Notes under the pieces: model-generated | Told to the model about the DNA's origin: nothing | What the model saw: only the letters and a program-made list of their open reading frames with translations | Database searches by the model: none | Shown: piece by piece, positions 28,568 to 33,281 of the stretch | Numbering within the stretch: the first letter of the stretch is position 1 | Layout of the letters: the number at the start of each line of letters is the position of its first letter | Program-made: the position numbers and the translations under genes | Sequence record: SRR20825006_316 | Reading direction: 5' to 3' (one strand) | DNA length: 33,281 nucleotides

Positions 28568-29149
28568 TTAGATATCCGGCTTGATCGTTTTTGCAGGCGG
28601 CAGAGCCGGGCTCTCATCCGGCAAACCAAAGCCCACGTCAATATAGTGATGCGCCGTGATGTTGGAGAAATCGAGCACCGGCGGGTCATAGGCCGTAAGC
28701 ACAAGGTTGTTGCCCACGCCAGCCACCCCGATGATATAGCGCACGCTGCCTTCTTTGTCCGTGAACGGTAAACACCGGGTATTGAGCGAATAGATATCCC
28801 CGCCCGCCAGGTGGATATCACGCCTGAAAAAGGCACCGCACGGCACCTCTGTCATATCGGTAAACACCTGCTTGAAAAAAGGTGCGTCGACCTTGTAGCA
28901 GATTTCCAGATAGTTTTTACCCGTAGCGGCAAAGCCCAGCACCTGCTCAATGGCGGAACCGGCCAGCCTAATATGCAGATCATCCGGCGAGCGTCGCTCA
29001 ATGATGAAAACAAACGGCAAAAGGTCCTTTAACACCGCCGGGCTGAAGGCCGCGCGGGTAGGCACACCACCGGCATCGCTCGCCAGGGTTCGCCAATAAT
29101 TGTGAAAGACCTCAAAGTGGTCCGCTCTCGGCAGGGTAAACTCAACCAT
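28568..29149 (-). CDS. Stand-alone PAS_5-type domain protein (paralog 3)
   Basis: YW..VPTRAAFSP, IRLAGSAIE, VPCG, LPFTD..G.VRYIIG, YIDVGFGLP. Confidence 0.82.
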   Translation of the reverse strand: MVEFTLPRADHFEVFHNYWRTLASDAGGVPTRAAFSPAVLKDLLPFVFIIERRSPDDLHIRLAGSAIEQVLGFAATGKNYLEICYKVDAPFFKQVFTDMTEVPCGAFFRRDIHLAGGDIYSLNTRCLPFTDKEGSVRYIIGVAGVGNNLVLTAYDPPVLDFSNITAHHYIDVGFGLPDESPALPPAKTIKPDI

Positions 29150-29307
29150 AAATTCAGTTTCATCCGGTGATTGTTAACAAGTGGTGAAAATCCGGTTGAA
29201 TTTTAGTTTATTCCCGCACTTTTTCTGCCTTGTGAGCGGGCATTTGTCTCATAACTATATTTCTGGCAAACAGCGAGGGCACCGCCGCCTGCACCCTGCG
29301 TGAAGAA

Positions 29308-29769
29308 CTAGCCCAACACCATCACCTTCTGGCGTTCACACGCTGCAGTACGGTGGCAGAAGGCCGCGATATAGTCCGGGTTGCGATACAGCTTCCAGAA
29401 AGCTGCCATGTGAGGATAGTGACCGATAGCAACCATGTGCCAGTCTTCATCTTCCCCCAGGAACCCGCCTTCATATGGCCCCATATGCAGGAAACGCCCG
29501 CCTGCCGCCGTGAGCGCAGGCATGGAAACAGCTGAATATCGGCCAAACGCTTCTTGTCCCGCTACAGGAGCCGCCCCCGCGTGTGGGGTGCCCGTATAAT
29601 CAGCCTGTGCCCGCAACTTGAAAAAGTTCACCAGCACAAGCGGTGTGGATGCACCGCGTTCAATAAGGCGCCGCCACTGGGCTTCTGTCGGGCTGTCACC
29701 ACCCTGGCCATTGCCATAGGCATCCAGCAAGGTTTGCAACAGTTCCTCGTTTTCATGGTTGACCGTCAT
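29308..29769 (-). CDS. DUF1330-like dimeric alpha/beta barrel protein
   Basis: PLVLVNFFKLR..A.Y, GQEAF.RY, GGR, W..VAI..YP...AF, Y......HRTAA. Confidence 0.75.
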   Translation of the reverse strand: MTVNHENEELLQTLLDAYGNGQGGDSPTEAQWRRLIERGASTPLVLVNFFKLRAQADYTGTPHAGAAPVAGQEAFGRYSAVSMPALTAAGGRFLHMGPYEGGFLGEDEDWHMVAIGHYPHMAAFWKLYRNPDYIAAFCHRTAACERQKVMVLG

Positions 29770-29786
29770 GCTCTTCTCTCCATATG

Positions 29787-29827
29787 CTTTACACGTGTCA
29801 AATAGGAGTTAACTTTACACGTGTCAA
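29787..29827. promoter_or_regulatory. Duplicated TetR operator overlapping divergent promoters
   Basis: CTTTACACGTGTCAA occurs exactly at 29787-29801 and 29813-29827, each near-palindromic. Minus-strand TTGACA-N17-TATTTG promoter for the DUF1330 gene. Confidence 0.8.
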
Positions 29828-30420
29828 GCAAACGGGATAAAAAAGCCACCCGCGAGGAACTTCTCGATGCGGCGTGGGAGCTGGTTGCCTTTAAGGGCGC
29901 ACAAGTGGGCATGGCTGAGATTGCCGCCATCGCAGGCGTGAGCCGCCAGTCGGTCTATCTGCATTTTGGCAACCGGGGCGGCCTGTTGATGGCGCTCCTC
30001 AAGCGTACCGATGACCGCCTTGGCATCCGCGAAGCCTTCGAGCACGCACGCACAGCCTCCGGCCCCGAAGCCAAGCTCGATGCCACGCTCAAGGTGTGGT
30101 TTGAATTTGTTGCCGAGATCCTGCCGGTCGCACGCGATATCATTCGCCTGCGCGCAACAGACAAGGAAGCCGAAGCCGCATGGCTTGACCGCATGGCTGA
30201 CCTTCGAAGCTGGATGAAACTGCTGGTGGGCGACATAAGCCGCGCAGGCGCCCTAAAGCCGCACTGGCAGGTGGATACCGCAACAGATTACCTGTGGGCG
30301 GCCGCGTCTGTGCAAAGCTGGGCGCTGTTGGTGGATGACAGCGGCTGGGCGCCGGAGGAAGCTTCCCGCACGCTGCGGCGCAGCATCGCTGACAGCTTAT
30401 TGGTGACCTCCCCCAACTAG
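29821..30420 (+). CDS. TetR/AcrR-family transcriptional regulator
   Basis: N-terminal HTH: TREELLDAA...MAEIAAIAGVSRQSVYLHFGNRGGL. GTG start. Confidence 0.93.
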   Translation: MSSKRDKKATREELLDAAWELVAFKGAQVGMAEIAAIAGVSRQSVYLHFGNRGGLLMALLKRTDDRLGIREAFEHARTASGPEAKLDATLKVWFEFVAEILPVARDIIRLRATDKEAEAAWLDRMADLRSWMKLLVGDISRAGALKPHWQVDTATDYLWAAASVQSWALLVDDSGWAPEEASRTLRRSIADSLLVTSPN

Positions 30421-30579
30421 AGCCATACCCCAAACGCGCATCACTACCTTGCCCTGAAATTGCCTGAAAGCTTGCGCACCATGCATTTCAGCTTGCCGGT
30501 GTGGCGATGCACCGCTAGCGTCTTTTAAAGCTTGGAGTTTCGAGCGCTTTTTCTTGCTGTGCCGATGATGGGGGACTCT

Positions 30580-31272
30580 ATGGCAACGGAAAACATGAGC
30601 GTGACACCCTGCCCCGGATGCGGGCAGAAGGTACGGTTCCCGACCGACCGTGGTTTTATCAAGTTCAAATGCCCGGCGTGCAGCGCAGGGCTTGAATGGG
30701 GCACGCCCCCCGCTGAACCTGATGTGATGGACGTGGTGATTGAAGGCGAGCCACCCGCTCAAAACATCCCCACGCACGATACCACGGCCAGCTTTTATGA
30801 TGCGCTCAAGACCGCGCCCCCAATACCGCAGGCAGCACAGCAAACCGGGCAGAAACAGCAACAGGCGGAACAGCAACAGGCGAGCCATAACACGCACGCC
30901 CATAAGCCGCGCCTGCTTGCGCTGCTTTATATCGCAGGTTCACTGGCGGCGGGCTACGGCAGCTATTGGTTTGACAAAAACATTGGTGACAACACCCTGT
31001 ATTTTCTCTTGTTCGCGGCCTGCCTGGTCCTGACCTATTACCTGTTTTTCCGTGCCATTCGCGTGGCAACCCGCTTTGGTGTGGGCGGCTCAATCGCAGT
31101 GCTGTTCTTATTGGCTGTCACCCTGCCGTTTGCCATGCCCTACCTTCAAGAGCTGGACATCGGCAGCATAGAGAACCCGTTCGAGCCTGACGAGTTGGCG
31201 GAAGGCCACTTCAAGGGCGCGTCCAAAAAAACCACACCGTCCGAGATGGATGACCTGATGGAGGACTGGTGA
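30580..31272 (+). CDS. Hypothetical membrane protein with N-terminal Zn-ribbon
   Basis: CPGC..x..CPAC, Pro/Gln-rich linker and three TM segments. Start at ATG 30580 after GGGGAC. Confidence 0.75.
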   Translation: MATENMSVTPCPGCGQKVRFPTDRGFIKFKCPACSAGLEWGTPPAEPDVMDVVIEGEPPAQNIPTHDTTASFYDALKTAPPIPQAAQQTGQKQQQAEQQQASHNTHAHKPRLLALLYIAGSLAAGYGSYWFDKNIGDNTLYFLLFAACLVLTYYLFFRAIRVATRFGVGGSIAVLFLLAVTLPFAMPYLQELDIGSIENPFEPDELAEGHFKGASKKTTPSEMDDLMEDW

Positions 31273-31273
31273 C

Positions 31274-32995
31274 ATGCGCCTGATTTTATGCCTTGCCCTT
31301 ACCGCCCTCATGAGCCTGCCCGCAATCGCGCAAACACCCAAACCGGCCAAGGCGAACTACAGCATCAGCCACAAGATGCAGGACACCTATGACACCCGCC
31401 TGCAACCCTACTCGGGCGTGAATTTGAGCGGTATGTTCAGCGTGTGGTATCTGCTTGGTGAAGCGGCAGTCAACTGCACAGCACGCTGGGAAAACCCCGG
31501 TGTTTTGCAGGTGATACTGGACGACGGCACGCGCATCCTCTCTGAGCCCGGCGAAGAAGAGATGTGGAACCTGATGCTGATGGCGCAGTTCCCCAACCCT
31601 GATAAAAACGCCCGGCGGCTGACGAACGGCGGCGGCGCGCACCTGAGCATATTTTGTGATGCAGGTGTGGTGGCGCAAGGCGGCAGAAACGGTTTTAACG
31701 TGGCGGGCAGCCCGAACTGGGACAAGTTCATTTGCGCCACCCCCAAAAAGGTCGACCCCCGCTATAACGCGCAGATTAACCGCGAAGCCAAAGACCAATG
31801 CGCTGCCATCGGCGGTGACTGGCTATCAAGTGCTGAGGCCAAGAAGGTGGCAGTCGCTGGTGTGAAGGTGGACGAGATATCCGTGCTGAGCGTGGAGCTG
31901 AGCGCGGGCGATACCCTGCGCCGGGCCGAGAAAATGTTATGGCGCAAAAAATCGTTCGACCGCAAATATGCCAAGGCGCAAGACCTACAGGCACGGCTGG
32001 CGAAAAAGGGGCTGAACAAGGGTATTGATGCCGCGCGGCGGATCTATAACACCACGTCTGGCACCGGCAAATACCCCACCACAGCGCACCTTGATGAGAT
32101 GGAGCGCATGCTGGATGCCCTGCGTGCAGAACTGCGTGATGATGTGGCTGATTTCAACGATGACTGGCGCGGGCGGGACCGGGAGCTTGTGGCCGCCCAG
32201 CTTGAGCGCGTGGCAGGGATAGACCGCACCTTGCGTGAGCGCGAAGCCGAACTGGTCACCTACCGCAACATCCTGACGGAAATGGCGAAAGATGCGCCGG
32301 AAGGCCCCACAAACCCGCTTGAAGAATATATCGTGACCGAGCATACGCTCACGACCTTCACCAAACCCTACAGCGGCAATCATGGCCTCAAAAACAAATC
32401 GGGCCATGTGGTGCTTGAACCCAAGCAAGGGCGATACAAGCCGCTTGAGGGCAAAAGCGGCACCAAATATGATTTTTACATCGGGGATATGGACAATTTC
32501 ACCAACGCATACTGGATCGTGGACAAACACGGCAAAAAGCTGGGGCTGGACCTCTATCGCGGGTATCCGCGCTTTCATGAAGAGCTGGGCCTTGTCTCTT
32601 TCGCAACCGGTGACGAGCATTCAAGCCGCGCTTATCTCAGCGTTTATTCGCTTGCGGAAAAGCGGGTGCTGTTCAACAGCGGGCAAACGCCGATTGGGGA
32701 TGCTTACCGCAACAAACAGAAAATTCGCACCCGCAGTGAAAGAGGCGAGGCTAATACCTGGAGCCGCGATTATAACATGGACATATCCCGCACCACGATC
32801 GCGGGCAGGTCTGTCATCTACGGTTTGACGAACGGCCTGTACCCCTACAAGTTTGAAAACGAATGCACCGCAACAACGGAAAAAGGCGAAGAACAAGGCG
32901 TGATGCCCGCCTTCATGTTTGACCTTGAAGCGAACCGCCTGCTACGCCCCAGTGAGCACCTGTGCGTGCCCAACCCGAGCGTGAAATGGCATTAA
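31274..32995 (+). CDS. Secreted hypothetical protein (signal peptide, coiled coil, C-terminal beta-rich region)
   Basis: MRLILCLALTALMSLPAIA/Q signal peptide, 573 aa, host-like codon usage, directly follows the upstream gene. Confidence 0.8.
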   Translation: MRLILCLALTALMSLPAIAQTPKPAKANYSISHKMQDTYDTRLQPYSGVNLSGMFSVWYLLGEAAVNCTARWENPGVLQVILDDGTRILSEPGEEEMWNLMLMAQFPNPDKNARRLTNGGGAHLSIFCDAGVVAQGGRNGFNVAGSPNWDKFICATPKKVDPRYNAQINREAKDQCAAIGGDWLSSAEAKKVAVAGVKVDEISVLSVELSAGDTLRRAEKMLWRKKSFDRKYAKAQDLQARLAKKGLNKGIDAARRIYNTTSGTGKYPTTAHLDEMERMLDALRAELRDDVADFNDDWRGRDRELVAAQLERVAGIDRTLREREAELVTYRNILTEMAKDAPEGPTNPLEEYIVTEHTLTTFTKPYSGNHGLKNKSGHVVLEPKQGRYKPLEGKSGTKYDFYIGDMDNFTNAYWIVDKHGKKLGLDLYRGYPRFHEELGLVSFATGDEHSSRAYLSVYSLAEKRVLFNSGQTPIGDAYRNKQKIRTRSERGEANTWSRDYNMDISRTTIAGRSVIYGLTNGLYPYKFENECTATTEKGEEQGVMPAFMFDLEANRLLRPSEHLCVPNPSVKWH

Positions 32996-33169
32996 TTAAC
33001 CAGCGGCAAAAGATTCCGCGTTATAAGCACTTAACGGTCTCATGCTCGGCATTTTTTGCCCCACCCGGCAAAAAATTCCACCCTAGGCCGGGACCATTTC
33101 CGCCACACCCTTTTGGTGTAAGGCGCGCGCTTCCGCCATTTAGCTAAAATTTTAACAAAGTGTAAAAAT

Positions 33170-33185
33170 TGGCACACTTAGTGCA
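33170..33185 (+). promoter_or_regulatory. Sigma54 (-24/-12) promoter
   Basis: TGGCAC-ACTTA-GTGCA, with GG (33171-72) and GC (33183-84) separated by exactly 10 nt. Confidence 0.75.
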
Positions 33186-33262
33186 ATATCCCTGGGTGGC
33201 GCAGAATGTGCCCTGCCTGAACAGAAGGTCAGGCTGTAAAAATTTACCGGAGCATCAGAAAG

Positions 33263-33281
33263 ATGTTTTCAGTTAATACAA
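33263..33281 (+). CDS. Probable second flagellin, N-terminal fragment at the window edge
   Basis: ATG TTT TCA GTT AAT ACA A = MFSVNT(N), like MSYSVNTN of the flagellin at 13055, and preceded by a sigma54 promoter. Only 6 codons are visible. Confidence 0.65.

Noticed and set aside
33140-33156. TTAG-N8-TTAAC as a CtrA box (also TTAA-N6-TTAA at about 20504)
   Set aside because: Spacing is not the canonical 7 nt, so these are half sites at best.

Overview
Chromosomal region of a probably aquatic or marine alphaproteobacterium (inferred from flagellin type, sigma54 and CtrA-like motifs, and stand-alone PAS_5 genes). 1-12.1 kb: a Kdo-linked capsule locus with kdsA-kdsC-kdsB-kpsC, a sulfotransferase-TPR, a polysaccharide pyruvyltransferase-TPR, a divergent TagD-like cytidylyltransferase / LicD pair, and cysD-cysN. 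12.2-20.5 kb: flagellin, an Sfp-type PPTase, a serralysin-like RTX metalloprotease, a second RTX protein, a DUF6438-like lipoprotein, a PAS protein and a REC-Hpt protein. 20.6-23.8 kb: an AT-richer island with a lipoprotein, the 3' half of a 3TM holin coupled to a large glycine-zipper (pore-former-like) protein, and a frameshifted small membrane ORF. 23.8-33.3 kb: a TIGR02285-like binding protein, a candidate sRNA, two more PAS_5 paralogs, an unannotated 39-aa membrane peptide followed by a ~255-nt highly structured putative ncRNA, RDD and hypothetical genes, an AraC regulator, a DUF1330/TetR pair with a duplicated operator, two hypothetical proteins, and the sigma54 promoter and first codons of a second flagellin. 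I found no tRNA, rRNA, CRISPR array, transposase or integrase. All family calls come from motif recognition by eye, not database searches.
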